Shown in pieces: positions 6,411 through 16,468 of a DNA stretch of 27,175 bases. Origin of the DNA: a virus. Its lineage: Duplodnaviria; Caudoviricetes. The notes under the pieces were generated by a model. It saw only the letters and a list, made by a program, of their open reading frames with translations, had not been told where the DNA came from and searched no databases. The stretch spans positions 1 through 27,175 of IMG/VR virus record IMGVR_UViG_3300023176_002188; one strand, given 5' to 3'. Every line of letters begins with the position of its first letter. Position 1 is the stretch's first letter. Position numbers and translations under genes: made by a program.

Positions 6411-8954
6411 ATGCCAAGTAAAGCATTTAAATTAGCAGAAGCAATGGTTAGTAACCCTGTTATGAATGACATTGTGACAAATACCAATGCAGTTCCAGAA
6501 GCAATAATTACTCAAATTGAAACATCTACAGATCTAGGTGTAGCAAATGTAGCCGATTTACCAAATACAGGAAACAACGCTGGTGATATCCAGTTTGTAG
6601 AAGCTACAAATCGACTTTATATATGGAATGGATCCGGCTGGTATAACATCGCACTTATTAACACTACTCCAACATGGGATTCAGACGGACAACCTTCTGG
6701 TTCTTATGTGCTGGATGCAGATAGTCCTCAAGATGCTACTATTATTACACTAGCTGCTTCAGATCCAGAAGATATTCCAATATCGTATTCTTATGTAACT
6801 AGCGGATCAATGGACAGTATGGCAACCATCAGTCAAGACTCAAGCGTCTTTACTATCACACCTAAGACAGTTGCGCAAGTAGGAGAAGGAGTTGAACTAA
6901 CAGGCAGTATTACCTTTAGAGCATCTGATGGTGTTAATATTTTACCACATGTATCAAGTTTTACACTCAGTTTTATTTCTATTGTACAAAACAGTAAATA
7001 TACAGTTTTATTAGCAACAGCAGTTAATACATCAGGTAGTAACAATAATATAACAGATGAATCAACCAATAATCATACTATAACATCATATGGTAATGTT
7101 CATGCTGGTACGTTTAGTCCATACAGACATGGTGGGTATAGCGCTTATTTTAATGGTAGTCAGGAATTAAGATACCAACCTTATACAGGAGGGGATTATA
7201 GTCTTGGTACTAGTAATTTTACAATGGAAGCTTGGGCATATGCAACAGTCGAAGCATTTAATGGAAATTCTGTTATCTTTTCACAAAGACGTGTTAGTAA
7301 TGGTGGACCACAAATCCGTGTAGTATCGGGTGGTACTATTCAATATTTTTATTTTAATGGAAACAACTCACAAACTTCAACAGCTACATTTCCTATTAAT
7401 CAGTGGAATCATATTGCTCTGGTTCGCTCTGGAACTGGAGTAGATGAAACTAAACTATATTTAAATGGTACTGAAATATTGTCCTTTCAAGAGACGGCCA
7501 ATTTTAACAGTACTGCTGCTGACTTAACGATAGGTAATTTTTCGTTGTATAATGAGCCTTGGTATGGTTTTATTTCAGATGTTAGGATTGTAAAAGATGC
7601 AGTATACACATCTGACTTTTCCAATTCGCTGCCAACAGAACCTTTAACAGCTATTAATAATACTATATTTTTAGCTCCATTTAATAGTAACTCCAGCTAC
7701 CATTATTTTGATGATATTACGGGTAATGGGAGAGTAACTGCTAACACTGGCTCTACAGGAGTAAAAGCTTTCAGCCGACATGACAATTTAGAATACTCAG
7801 CGGTAGATCACGGCGGGTCTATTTATTTTGATGGGTCTGGAGATTATCTAAGAGCTGATGCTGCATTAAGTTCATTTACTTCAAGCACATCTCCTTTTAC
7901 AATTGAAGCTTATGTATATCCATCACCTGCAAGTTTATCAAGTCATTATTTATTTGGAATCAATACATCAAGTTCTGGTACAAATAATTTATTATTCAAC
8001 ACACACCAGATAGTGACCAATCACGGCGGAGGTTCAGATACTGTAACAACACTTAGTTCACCAATAACGTATAATGTCTGGAGTCATGTTGCATTAGTTA
8101 GCGATGGAACCACATTAAAAGCATTCATAAATGGCGATGAATACGCCAGCATAACAGCCCCATCAACACCTTTAGCAGATTGTGTGCTTGGGATTGGAAC
8201 GGAATTTGATGCAGCTAACGGCGGAACGCCAGGGAATTATTACACTGGGCATATGTCAGATATAAGAATTTCTGATACAGCTCTTTATACAAGCGCATTT
8301 ACTCCAACATTTTCTCCTCTTACTACTCCTGCAGGAACAACATTGCATATAAAAGGAACAGATGCATCCATCATAAATAAAGCTCAGGGTAATAATATGC
8401 AGCTTTTTGGAAATGCCACTGGTTCGACAACACAAGTTAAGTTTGCTGACACAAAATCCATGTATTTTGATGGAAGTGGTGATTATATAAGAATAGATGA
8501 TACTAGTCTACTAAGGTTCAGAGGAACGCATGATTTTACTATAGAAGCATGGGTTTACAAAACTGCGGATAACGTAATGATATTATCTAATCAAGATGGG
8601 GGCACTGATAACAATTATATTTCTTTTAAGACAGATGGTACAAATACGACTGTACAATTACGAGATGCTAATGGTCAAGCATTTGCATACGGAGCAGCAG
8701 TAGCGATTAATACTTGGAATCATCTTGCAGTATCAAGATCTTCAGGTAGTGTTCGTGTATTTGTAAATGGAATTTCTGGGACGCCTGTAACGATAACAAA
8801 AGATACTCCAGCTAGATCAACTATAATTGGTGGATTTTTAATGACCAACTATATAGGTTATATGACAGGCTATATTCAAGACCTAAGAGTCACTAAGAGT
8901 TTAGCAAGATACACCTCAAACTTTACACCGCCAACAAAACCACTTAAAGGATAA
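6411..8954 (+). CDS. Fibre/adhesin-like structural protein: N-terminal anchor, cadherin/Ig-like domain and three LamG (concanavalin A-like) domains
   Basis: 847 aa; three repeats of YF(D/N)G...FT(I/M)EA(W/Y)...W(N/S)HxA...NG...G..SDxR; ASDPE...ITP...FRASDG Ig-like signature; GGAG RBS. Confidence 0.85.
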   Translation: MPSKAFKLAEAMVSNPVMNDIVTNTNAVPEAIITQIETSTDLGVANVADLPNTGNNAGDIQFVEATNRLYIWNGSGWYNIALINTTPTWDSDGQPSGSYVLDADSPQDATIITLAASDPEDIPISYSYVTSGSMDSMATISQDSSVFTITPKTVAQVGEGVELTGSITFRASDGVNILPHVSSFTLSFISIVQNSKYTVLLATAVNTSGSNNNITDESTNNHTITSYGNVHAGTFSPYRHGGYSAYFNGSQELRYQPYTGGDYSLGTSNFTMEAWAYATVEAFNGNSVIFSQRRVSNGGPQIRVVSGGTIQYFYFNGNNSQTSTATFPINQWNHIALVRSGTGVDETKLYLNGTEILSFQETANFNSTAADLTIGNFSLYNEPWYGFISDVRIVKDAVYTSDFSNSLPTEPLTAINNTIFLAPFNSNSSYHYFDDITGNGRVTANTGSTGVKAFSRHDNLEYSAVDHGGSIYFDGSGDYLRADAALSSFTSSTSPFTIEAYVYPSPASLSSHYLFGINTSSSGTNNLLFNTHQIVTNHGGGSDTVTTLSSPITYNVWSHVALVSDGTTLKAFINGDEYASITAPSTPLADCVLGIGTEFDAANGGTPGNYYTGHMSDIRISDTALYTSAFTPTFSPLTTPAGTTLHIKGTDASIINKAQGNNMQLFGNATGSTTQVKFADTKSMYFDGSGDYIRIDDTSLLRFRGTHDFTIEAWVYKTADNVMILSNQDGGTDNNYISFKTDGTNTTVQLRDANGQAFAYGAAVAINTWNHLAVSRSSGSVRVFVNGISGTPVTITKDTPARSTIIGGFLMTNYIGYMTGYIQDLRVTKSLARYTSNFTPPTKPLKG

Positions 8955-8969
8955 AAATAAAAGTAATGC

Positions 8970-8977
8970 TATAAATA
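8970..8977 (+). promoter_or_regulatory. T4-type late promoter (TATAAATA)
   Basis: Exact motif, intergenic, ~25 nt upstream of 9003. Confidence 0.8.
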
Positions 8978-9002
8978 TTAGGACGCAATAGATTAGAAAG
9001 GT

Positions 9003-9365
9003 ATGGATGGAGTGGAAAATTTTAGAAAATATAGAGAACAAAAAATAGACGCAATCTGTGAAGAATGTAATCTATATGAAGATTTAGAAATAACTGAAGC
9101 AGAGTATCAAGGTCGTAAAGTAAAACTAAATGATCCCACTCGTTCGAATGACGGTAAGAAAAAATTCTATGTTTATGTCAAAAACGATAAAGGTAATATT
9201 GTTAGGGTTGGTTTTGGTGACCCTAACATGGAAATCAAAAGAGACGATCCAGCACGAAGGGCTTCCTTCCGTGCCAGACATAACTGTGACAATCCTGGAC
9301 CAAAATGGAAAGCAAGATATTGGAGCTGCTATCAATGGAGAGCAGGCGCTAAAGTAGACAATTAA
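9003..9365 (+). CDS. Conserved small basic phage protein (GFG...RRASFRARHNC...ARYWSC family), function unknown
   Basis: 120 aa (alternative in-frame GTG start at 9012 gives MENFRKYRE). An acidic leader ending in LEITE|AEYQG precedes a basic domain. Confidence 0.7.
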   Translation: MDGVENFRKYREQKIDAICEECNLYEDLEITEAEYQGRKVKLNDPTRSNDGKKKFYVYVKNDKGNIVRVGFGDPNMEIKRDDPARRASFRARHNCDNPGPKWKARYWSCYQWRAGAKVDN

Positions 9366-9375
9366 GGAATATTAA

Positions 9376-12300
9376 ATGAGTAAGGCCAGTTTATTTTCCA
9401 AGCTTGCAGCAGGCAATGGAAATCTAATACCAGATTCCGATGAAGGTCGTGATTTAGGTTCTGCTTCAAAGAAGTGGAAAGATTTGTATCTATCAGGTAG
9501 TTCACTAATTCTCGGTAGTGTTACTCTTAAAGATTCTGGTGGACAGCCTAGCTTTACTAATTTAAATGGTGATAAAGTAAAAATTGATCTGTCTGCAATG
9601 TCGACGGATGATCTTTCTGAAGGTTCTAATTTATATTATACACTTGCAAGAGATGATTCAGCATTTGATGTTAGATTATCAACTAAATCAACAACAGACA
9701 TTTCTGAAGGTTCTAATTTATATTATACAGATATAAGAGTAGAAGCTGTAGTCAATCCAATGATTGACTCTGCAATAAATGCTCTTGTCAATGGCGCACC
9801 GGGGCAACTTAATACACTTGATGAACTTTCTGCCGCATTAAATGATGACTCAAATTTTGCAAATACAGTGACTGCTAATATAGCAACCAAGCTTGCAATT
9901 AGACATGATATTACAGTCACTGTAGCAAGCGGCACTAACGAATATGGAACTGGAAATAAGTACCATTTTGAAGGAGTAGTAAGTCCTTATTTACATCTTC
10001 AACCAGGCAGAACATATAGGTTTGATCAATCAGACGCATCAAACTCTGGTCACCCTTTAAGATTTTCTACAAATGCAAATAACAGTCCAAGTGCCACGTA
10101 TTCTACGGGTGTAACTGTAGTCGGAACTCCAGGCTCTGCTGGAGCATATACCGAGATTGCTGTTACTGCTGGCACACCACCTCTACACTACTACTGTACT
10201 AATCATTCTGGTATGGGTGGTTCATCACCTGCTGGATCTATTTTTGACGGACAATGGTCTAGTCTCACAGGTACTCCAACAACTATTTCTGGTTACGGTA
10301 TCACCGATGCGTTTGATGGAGCATTTAGTTCTTTATCTGGTACTCCTACAACGATTTCCGGATATGGTATCACCGATGCGTTTGATGGCCAGTACTCATC
10401 GTTAACGGGTGCACCAACAACTTATGCTTGGTCAACAATTACTTCAACACCAACAACAATATCTGGTTATGGTATCACTGATGCTCAAGCTACATTAGTA
10501 TCTGGAACCAATATTAAAACTATTAATGGTAACACTCTTCTCGGTTCTGGCGATCTTGTTATAAGCGGTGGTGGTTCTGGAGGAACTGATTCGGCAACAG
10601 TCTCAGCAATTATACTAGCAGACGTTGACTCGGCCTATGTTCAAGCAAGACAGTCTGGCGGTGGATCTGGTATCAGTTTAGCTGAAGCAAGAGCCGGTAT
10701 ATCTGTTACTACAGGATCCGCATCTGGCGGAGGTACTTTATCATATGATAATACTACCGGTGTTCTAACATTTCAACCGTCTACGAATACTGGGGGCGGT
10801 GGAAGTGGTACAGTAGATTCAGCTCAAACAATATCTCTTATTACTAGTACTATAGACTCAGCTTATGTTCAAGCAAGACAGTCTGGTGGTGCTAGCTCCG
10901 TACCTGCATTTAGTGTAGATGGCGGTGTTGATACATTTAAATTTACATCTGATTCTGGTCAATCTATATTCACTGGATTAGATAGTGCAGGTAATACTTT
11001 ATCTTTTGATCCAATAAATGTTAATGTTTTCTTAAATGGTATTTTTCTACAAAAAGGACTTGATTATACCACGACTGGAAACAACACTATTACATTTACG
11101 CCTGCTCTTGATATAAATCAAGATGTTATAATTCAAAATATTGATGTAAAATCTTCTTCTGCTCTTGTGTCTGGCGGTATAAACACATATGCATATACTG
11201 CTGATTCTGGTCAGACGGCATTTAGTGGTGCTGATGATAACGGAAATTCATTACAGTTTACCGGTAATAATATTTCAGCATACTTAAACGGTGTTTTACT
11301 ACAACGTAGTGCCGATTATAGTTTATCAAACGAAAATACGCTTACGCTTACATTTAATGCTGCAATCGGTGATGAGATTTCAATCGTATCATTTGATCCT
11401 ACAAGTACTGATAATTTAGCATCCTACTTTGATTCAAGTTATATCACAAGCAGAGTTTCGGTATCTTATCCTGCAAGAGGATCAGTAGAAAATTTCTTCT
11501 ATACAGCAACTGATGGTCAATTAACATTTAGTGGTAATGACGCAAACGGTAATTTATTACAGTTTACTCAAGATAATAAAAATGTATTAGTATCAGTAAA
11601 CGGTGTTCTTCTAATTCAAGGAACAGATTATACAACCAATGCTTCAACTAATACTCTTACCCTTGTAGACTCTGCAGGTGCTGGAGATCAGATTTATATA
11701 AACACATTCTCTAATCTATATCGTTCCTCAGGTCTTGATTCTATTGATATGCAAGAAATAATTGATTCTAACTTCATAACGAGTAGAATTAGTGATGTCT
11801 TTGTTTCAACCGATATTGTTGACTCAAATTATATAACAAGTAGAATCAATGGAATTTATCCTATAACAAATACTGTTACAAGATTTAAGTTTACTTCGGA
11901 TTCTAATCAATCTATATTTACCGGAGCTGATTCTGCAGGTAATATATTATCATTTGACAGTCAAAATGTTAATGTATTCTTAAACGGTATATTTTTAGAA
12001 AAGGGTGCTGATTATACTACCTCTGGTGGTAACACCATTACAATGACACCGCCACTTCCTATAGATCAAGATGTAGTAATACAAAACATTTCTATTAGAT
12101 CACAGTTACTTGTTGGTTCAGATACAATACTAGAAGTTCTTAATGATGGTGTTCTTCAATCACAAGTTGATTCAGCTTATATTTCTCAGAGAATTGGAGA
12201 AATATATGGCGGCGGAAGATCATTTGATAATTATAGATATGTATCAACGGAAGGTCAAGCAATATATACAGGTAATGATATTAACGGTAATGCATTATCT

Positions 12301-13371
12301 TTTACAGATGCTGGAGTTCAAGTACATTTAAACGGTATTCTTCTTACTCAAACACAAGATTATACTACATCAGCAGGAAATTCAATAACACTTCTTGATT
12401 CAATTGGTGCTGGTAATGAAATAATTATTAATAGTTTTGAAACAAAGTTTACGGTAGATTTAGCAACATCCGTTGTAGACTCATCATATGTTATAGCCAG
12501 AATACCAAATTATTCAACCACTACAAATATTAATAAATTTAAATTTACAACAACCGGACCACAAACAGTATTTACTGGAACCGACGATGTAGGAAATACT
12601 TTATCATTTGATTCTGATAACATTCTAGTGTTTATGAATGGTGTAAATTTATATCAAGGTGGAGATTTTACAACATCCGGCGGTAATACAATTACCTTAA
12701 ATGAACCTACGGATTCTAATTTTGAAATAGTAGTAAATAATTTTGATAAGTATTTTAATACTGTTTTAAGTACAATTGATTCAGCCTATGTTACAGCAAG
12801 AATACCGCAATATGGTGCTACTTCTACGGTTGATCGTTATAGATTTGTTGCAACCGCAAACCAAACGGTATTTAGTGGAACAGACGCCGATGGTGGAACA
12901 CTTTCCTATACGGCTGATCAAGTTCAAGTATTCTTAAATGGTATCTTACTTACGCCCACTACAGACTATACCGCTTCGAATGGAACTTCAATAACGTTAA
13001 CAGATCCAGCTTCCGCAGGATTTGAAATTATCGTATATGATTATACAAAACAATTTAATGTTAATGTTATTGAACCAAGTAGCGTTAGTTGGCAGATTGT
13101 TACTACTACACCGTTTACCGCGCCTTCAAACTCTAAATTAATTGTTAACACTTCATCACCGAAAACTATTAATCTTCCGTCATCACCTTCTTTAGGAAAT
13201 GAAATAAGAATAGTTGACGGTGATGGAACAGCAGCTACTAATAATATTACTATTTCATCATCCAATAAAATTATAGGTAGTGATTCAGATTTCATAATAG
13301 ATATAAATGATGCAAATATTGAGCTAGTCTATTATAACGCAACTCGCGGTTGGATATTAACGGATAAGTAG
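9376..13371 (+). CDS. Long tail-fibre/baseplate-associated structural protein with multiple repeat types, a cupredoxin-like insert and a C-terminal T4 gp9/gp10-like domain
   Basis: 1331 aa. STxDxSEGSNLYYT x2, GAPGQLNTLDELSAALNDDSNFA fibre motif, PTTISGYGITDA x3, DSAYVQAR-type linkers and seven ~85-aa F.SG.D..G..L....V.LNG..L...DYT repeats. C-terminus INLPSSPSLGNEIRIVD...LVYYNATRGW. Confidence 0.8.
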   Translation: MSKASLFSKLAAGNGNLIPDSDEGRDLGSASKKWKDLYLSGSSLILGSVTLKDSGGQPSFTNLNGDKVKIDLSAMSTDDLSEGSNLYYTLARDDSAFDVRLSTKSTTDISEGSNLYYTDIRVEAVVNPMIDSAINALVNGAPGQLNTLDELSAALNDDSNFANTVTANIATKLAIRHDITVTVASGTNEYGTGNKYHFEGVVSPYLHLQPGRTYRFDQSDASNSGHPLRFSTNANNSPSATYSTGVTVVGTPGSAGAYTEIAVTAGTPPLHYYCTNHSGMGGSSPAGSIFDGQWSSLTGTPTTISGYGITDAFDGAFSSLSGTPTTISGYGITDAFDGQYSSLTGAPTTYAWSTITSTPTTISGYGITDAQATLVSGTNIKTINGNTLLGSGDLVISGGGSGGTDSATVSAIILADVDSAYVQARQSGGGSGISLAEARAGISVTTGSASGGGTLSYDNTTGVLTFQPSTNTGGGGSGTVDSAQTISLITSTIDSAYVQARQSGGASSVPAFSVDGGVDTFKFTSDSGQSIFTGLDSAGNTLSFDPINVNVFLNGIFLQKGLDYTTTGNNTITFTPALDINQDVIIQNIDVKSSSALVSGGINTYAYTADSGQTAFSGADDNGNSLQFTGNNISAYLNGVLLQRSADYSLSNENTLTLTFNAAIGDEISIVSFDPTSTDNLASYFDSSYITSRVSVSYPARGSVENFFYTATDGQLTFSGNDANGNLLQFTQDNKNVLVSVNGVLLIQGTDYTTNASTNTLTLVDSAGAGDQIYINTFSNLYRSSGLDSIDMQEIIDSNFITSRISDVFVSTDIVDSNYITSRINGIYPITNTVTRFKFTSDSNQSIFTGADSAGNILSFDSQNVNVFLNGIFLEKGADYTTSGGNTITMTPPLPIDQDVVIQNISIRSQLLVGSDTILEVLNDGVLQSQVDSAYISQRIGEIYGGGRSFDNYRYVSTEGQAIYTGNDINGNALSFTDAGVQVHLNGILLTQTQDYTTSAGNSITLLDSIGAGNEIIINSFETKFTVDLATSVVDSSYVIARIPNYSTTTNINKFKFTTTGPQTVFTGTDDVGNTLSFDSDNILVFMNGVNLYQGGDFTTSGGNTITLNEPTDSNFEIVVNNFDKYFNTVLSTIDSAYVTARIPQYGATSTVDRYRFVATANQTVFSGTDADGGTLSYTADQVQVFLNGILLTPTTDYTASNGTSITLTDPASAGFEIIVYDYTKQFNVNVIEPSSVSWQIVTTTPFTAPSNSKLIVNTSSPKTINLPSSPSLGNEIRIVDGDGTAATNNITISSSNKIIGSDSDFIIDINDANIELVYYNATRGWILTDK
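9614..9729 (+). repeat. 29-bp perfect direct repeat (9614-9642, 9701-9729) inside the fibre gene
   Basis: TTTCTGAAGGTTCTAATTTATATTATACA occurs twice, 87 bp apart; encodes SEGSNLYYT. Confidence 0.85.
10243..10485 (+). repeat. 69-bp-period coding tandem repeat (FDG..SSL.GTPTTISGYGITDA)
   Basis: GGTATCACCGATGCGTTTGATGG at 10297-10319 and 10366-10388, with a third degenerate unit after it. Confidence 0.8.
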
Positions 13372-13378
13372 GTAAAAT

Positions 13379-14779
13379 ATGGCAAGATTATCAGACATAA
13401 AAACTAATGAGATTACTGAAGACCTAGGAGTAAGCGGCGGTGCTACTCCTGTAGCTAATGATGCAGCTTTACCAACTGCTGGTAACTCAACAGGTGATCT
13501 TAAATTTAATGAAGCTAAGAAAACAGTTCATGTTTGGGATGGAACTGAGTGGGATAGAATCTTATCTGGTACCGATGGTTCTCCAGTTTGGTATGATTCG
13601 AGTACAGGTGCTTATTTGTCAAGACCCAATACAACATCATTAAAAACATTTGATTCAATGCTATCAAATGACTCAGCGGCACTAGATTTTACGGTAACCG
13701 CAATAGATCCTGAAGGATTTCCTATTACTTATGCTTATGATGTTTTTCCAGCAAATCCGAGTCAACTTTTTAGTATTACACAGCCGGCGGGAACTAGTGT
13801 AGGTAGGTATGTAGTTACACCTAATATTTCAGATTCTTCACACAATCCGGGCGATTTTAATATGAGATTAAGAGCATCGGATGGAGTAAGAACAATATCA
13901 GATGTAATACAATTTAGTTTAGAGTATGGTCCTGCAAATGCCTTTGCAGCTCTTTATAGTACTGCTACAGGTGGTACAATACGTTATATTCAAGGCGGCA
14001 CAGATGAAATTAATGCAACAGATCTTACAAGCTTAGTTGACACTACTGTGAATTCTGGAGACGTTATATTTTTACAGAAAGCACCAGGATCTAATTACGG
14101 TCACTTTAAGTATATAGGAAGTGCTGGAGCTAATAGTAATATGTGGGCTAATAAAGCATTTGCATTTGTTGGAGGTGGATTAGAACCAGATAATATTTTC
14201 ATATGGCACGACCACGACGGAAACGTTGCTACAAGAGATCATGCTATATTTGCTAGTTCTTCATCTGGTGCGACTGGAACCGAAACATATAGACAGTTTG
14301 CATTCAACTTGACATATCATCGTCACCGGACTAGTAACACAAACTATGAATGTTCACTTTGTATGAGTCCCGCAAGTGGTGGTGGCACCATGTTAAATTG
14401 TATTATTGATTTGAATGGAGGTAATGTATCATGGCACTATGATAATACTGCTAGTTCTGCATATAGACGATCATTTAAGCACTGTACTTTCTTAAATTAT
14501 GGAAATTGGATAGCCCCTTACTCTGGTTCTGATGCAGCAGTTAGAATTATAGATTGTGCTTTTCAGGGTGGTTATCATTCCAGTGCTACATTCTTAGGTA
14601 CTCAGGGTACCAGTATTGATTTGGATGGATGGACTTATGATACGTATAGTAATGCAGGTGTGGATATTAAAGCAAATGATACTAACATAGCTAATGGAGT
14701 CTATGGTCATATGAAAGATTTAAATAGTGTTACCGCTTCAAATATTAATTTTGATAACTATCAAGATGTTAATACTTAG
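13379..14779 (+). CDS. Fibre/adhesin-like structural protein: shared N-terminal module, Ig/cadherin-like domain and possible beta-helix C-terminal domain
   Basis: 466 aa. N-terminal ~50 aa nearly identical to the next gene; AIDPEGFPI...RASDG Ig-like signature; C-terminal NCII/HCTF/DCAF stacks suggest a beta-helix. Confidence 0.7.
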   Translation: MARLSDIKTNEITEDLGVSGGATPVANDAALPTAGNSTGDLKFNEAKKTVHVWDGTEWDRILSGTDGSPVWYDSSTGAYLSRPNTTSLKTFDSMLSNDSAALDFTVTAIDPEGFPITYAYDVFPANPSQLFSITQPAGTSVGRYVVTPNISDSSHNPGDFNMRLRASDGVRTISDVIQFSLEYGPANAFAALYSTATGGTIRYIQGGTDEINATDLTSLVDTTVNSGDVIFLQKAPGSNYGHFKYIGSAGANSNMWANKAFAFVGGGLEPDNIFIWHDHDGNVATRDHAIFASSSSGATGTETYRQFAFNLTYHRHRTSNTNYECSLCMSPASGGGTMLNCIIDLNGGNVSWHYDNTASSAYRRSFKHCTFLNYGNWIAPYSGSDAAVRIIDCAFQGGYHSSATFLGTQGTSIDLDGWTYDTYSNAGVDIKANDTNIANGVYGHMKDLNSVTASNINFDNYQDVNT

Positions 14780-14789
14780 GGAATAAAAA

Positions 14790-16457
14790 ATGGCAACTAG
14801 AGCAAGAAACTTAGCAAACTTACTTGGAAACACTTCTAGGACTGAGTCTACTATACCTGTATCATCGATACCGGAAGGTGTAAGCGGCGCTTCCCCTGTA
14901 GCTAATGACGCGGCTTTACCTACAACCGGTAACTCAACTGGGAATCTTAAATTTAATGAGGCCAAGAAAACTGTTCATGTTTGGGATGGCACAGAATGGG
15001 ATAGAATCTTATCTGGTGTAGACGGAGCACCTATATGGGATAGTAATGGAACAGCAGTTAGTACTCCACGCTCAATGTCATCGCCACTTAATTTTGATGG
15101 AGTTTTAAGTGCCGACTCTGCAGCAATAACTCTTAATGTTAACGCAGTAGATCCTGACGGATTTCCTATTAAATATGCGTATGATCAGTATCCTGTTTCA
15201 AATAATATAATAGCTAGTGTAACTCATGAAAGTGCTGGTATAGGTAGATTTACCATAACTCCTAACTTTATGGCGGGTGAAAGTAATGAAACCGAAACCG
15301 CCAGTTTTAGAGCCATAGCATCAGACGGCGCGAGAGTAACAACCGCATCTCTTGTGTTTAGTATACAATATGGAGCTTTCACTATTTATAAAGTTGGTGG
15401 AGCAGGTCCTGGGTATTGGGGAACACAATATGGTTCCGCTTGGGATTATGGGATGACTAATGTAGGAACAAGCTATAATGGTGCAGGCGGCGTAAATATA
15501 TTAAATGAGTTTGGAGAGTACTATCTTTTACCAAAGAAAAACTTTTCTGCACGCCTCAAAATGTGGGGAGCAGCTGGATCAACTAGTTCTGATGGTTTTG
15601 CTGGTCAGGGTGATGATTGGGTGGCATTCGGCACATCCACTGGTACAGGTTACGGTGGATACACATACGCTGATATGGATTTTGTAAAAGATCAGTGGTA
15701 TACTATTATAGTTGGAGAAGGTGGGGCTTTTGGAACCGATAATAGAAACTCACACGGTCCTCCCGGATCATTTGGTGGCGGAGGATATACCGGAAGAGCT
15801 AATTTTGGAGGAGGTCATGAACACGGCAGAGGAGCTGGCGGTGGCTTAACTGGTATATTCCTTGGAAGACATTTTCCTGATGTGACTTCAGCTCACGCAG
15901 CATCACTATTAATTGCTGGCGGTGGCGGTGGTGGATTTGGTCAAGTTCATGGCGGAGGATCCGGAGGAGGAACTTCGGGTACTGGAGGCCAGGCTGGTGG
16001 TTCTGCCACCGGCGGAGGCGCTGGAACACAATCTGGCGGCGGAGGTCAAGGAGGTTCATATGCTGGATACGGTGGAGCTAAGACCAACGGCTCAGCTTTA
16101 CAGGGTGGTTACATGGCAAGAACTAACACAGGCGTAGGCGGCGGCGGAGGCGGAGGCTACTACGGCGGAGGCCCGGGTGGTGGAAACAACTATGCCGGCG
16201 GTACCGGCGGCGGTGGATCCGGATATGTAAAATCAGATCCTAGTATAACAAACAGTGGTATGGGTACTCCACCAGCAAGCAACGTAGATGCTGATCTACC
16301 AGGAATAAACGAACCCGAATGGGGCGACAGAGCCGGTGTAGGAAACTATGATCATGGTTCAAATGGTGTAGATCCATTTTCAGGTACTAACCCAGAAACT
16401 GATATATCATATTGGATGAGAACTTCACCCGGCAGATTCGTAATTACGCCGTTATAA
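14790..16457 (+). CDS. Fibre/adhesin-like protein with glycine-rich C-terminal domain (polyglycine adhesin type)
   Basis: 555 aa; leader MATRARNLANLLG; Ig-like AVDPDGFPI...ASDG; KMWGAAG...IIVGEGG...LIAGGGGGG...GGGGGYYGGG...GGGGSGY Gly-rich domain. Confidence 0.8.
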   Translation: MATRARNLANLLGNTSRTESTIPVSSIPEGVSGASPVANDAALPTTGNSTGNLKFNEAKKTVHVWDGTEWDRILSGVDGAPIWDSNGTAVSTPRSMSSPLNFDGVLSADSAAITLNVNAVDPDGFPIKYAYDQYPVSNNIIASVTHESAGIGRFTITPNFMAGESNETETASFRAIASDGARVTTASLVFSIQYGAFTIYKVGGAGPGYWGTQYGSAWDYGMTNVGTSYNGAGGVNILNEFGEYYLLPKKNFSARLKMWGAAGSTSSDGFAGQGDDWVAFGTSTGTGYGGYTYADMDFVKDQWYTIIVGEGGAFGTDNRNSHGPPGSFGGGGYTGRANFGGGHEHGRGAGGGLTGIFLGRHFPDVTSAHAASLLIAGGGGGGFGQVHGGGSGGGTSGTGGQAGGSATGGGAGTQSGGGGQGGSYAGYGGAKTNGSALQGGYMARTNTGVGGGGGGGYYGGGPGGGNNYAGGTGGGGSGYVKSDPSITNSGMGTPPASNVDADLPGINEPEWGDRAGVGNYDHGSNGVDPFSGTNPETDISYWMRTSPGRFVITPL

Positions 16458-16468
16458 GGAACGAAGAA

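Noticed and set aside
9614-10485. Direct repeats of 23-29 bp with regular spacing that could suggest a CRISPR array
   Set aside because: Only 2-3 copies, spacing in multiples of three, in frame within a fibre gene, intervening sequence also repeats at protein level, and no cas genes.
15770-16225. Local high-GC island
   Set aside because: Explained by GGN codons of the glycine-rich domain; not independent evidence of a mobile element.
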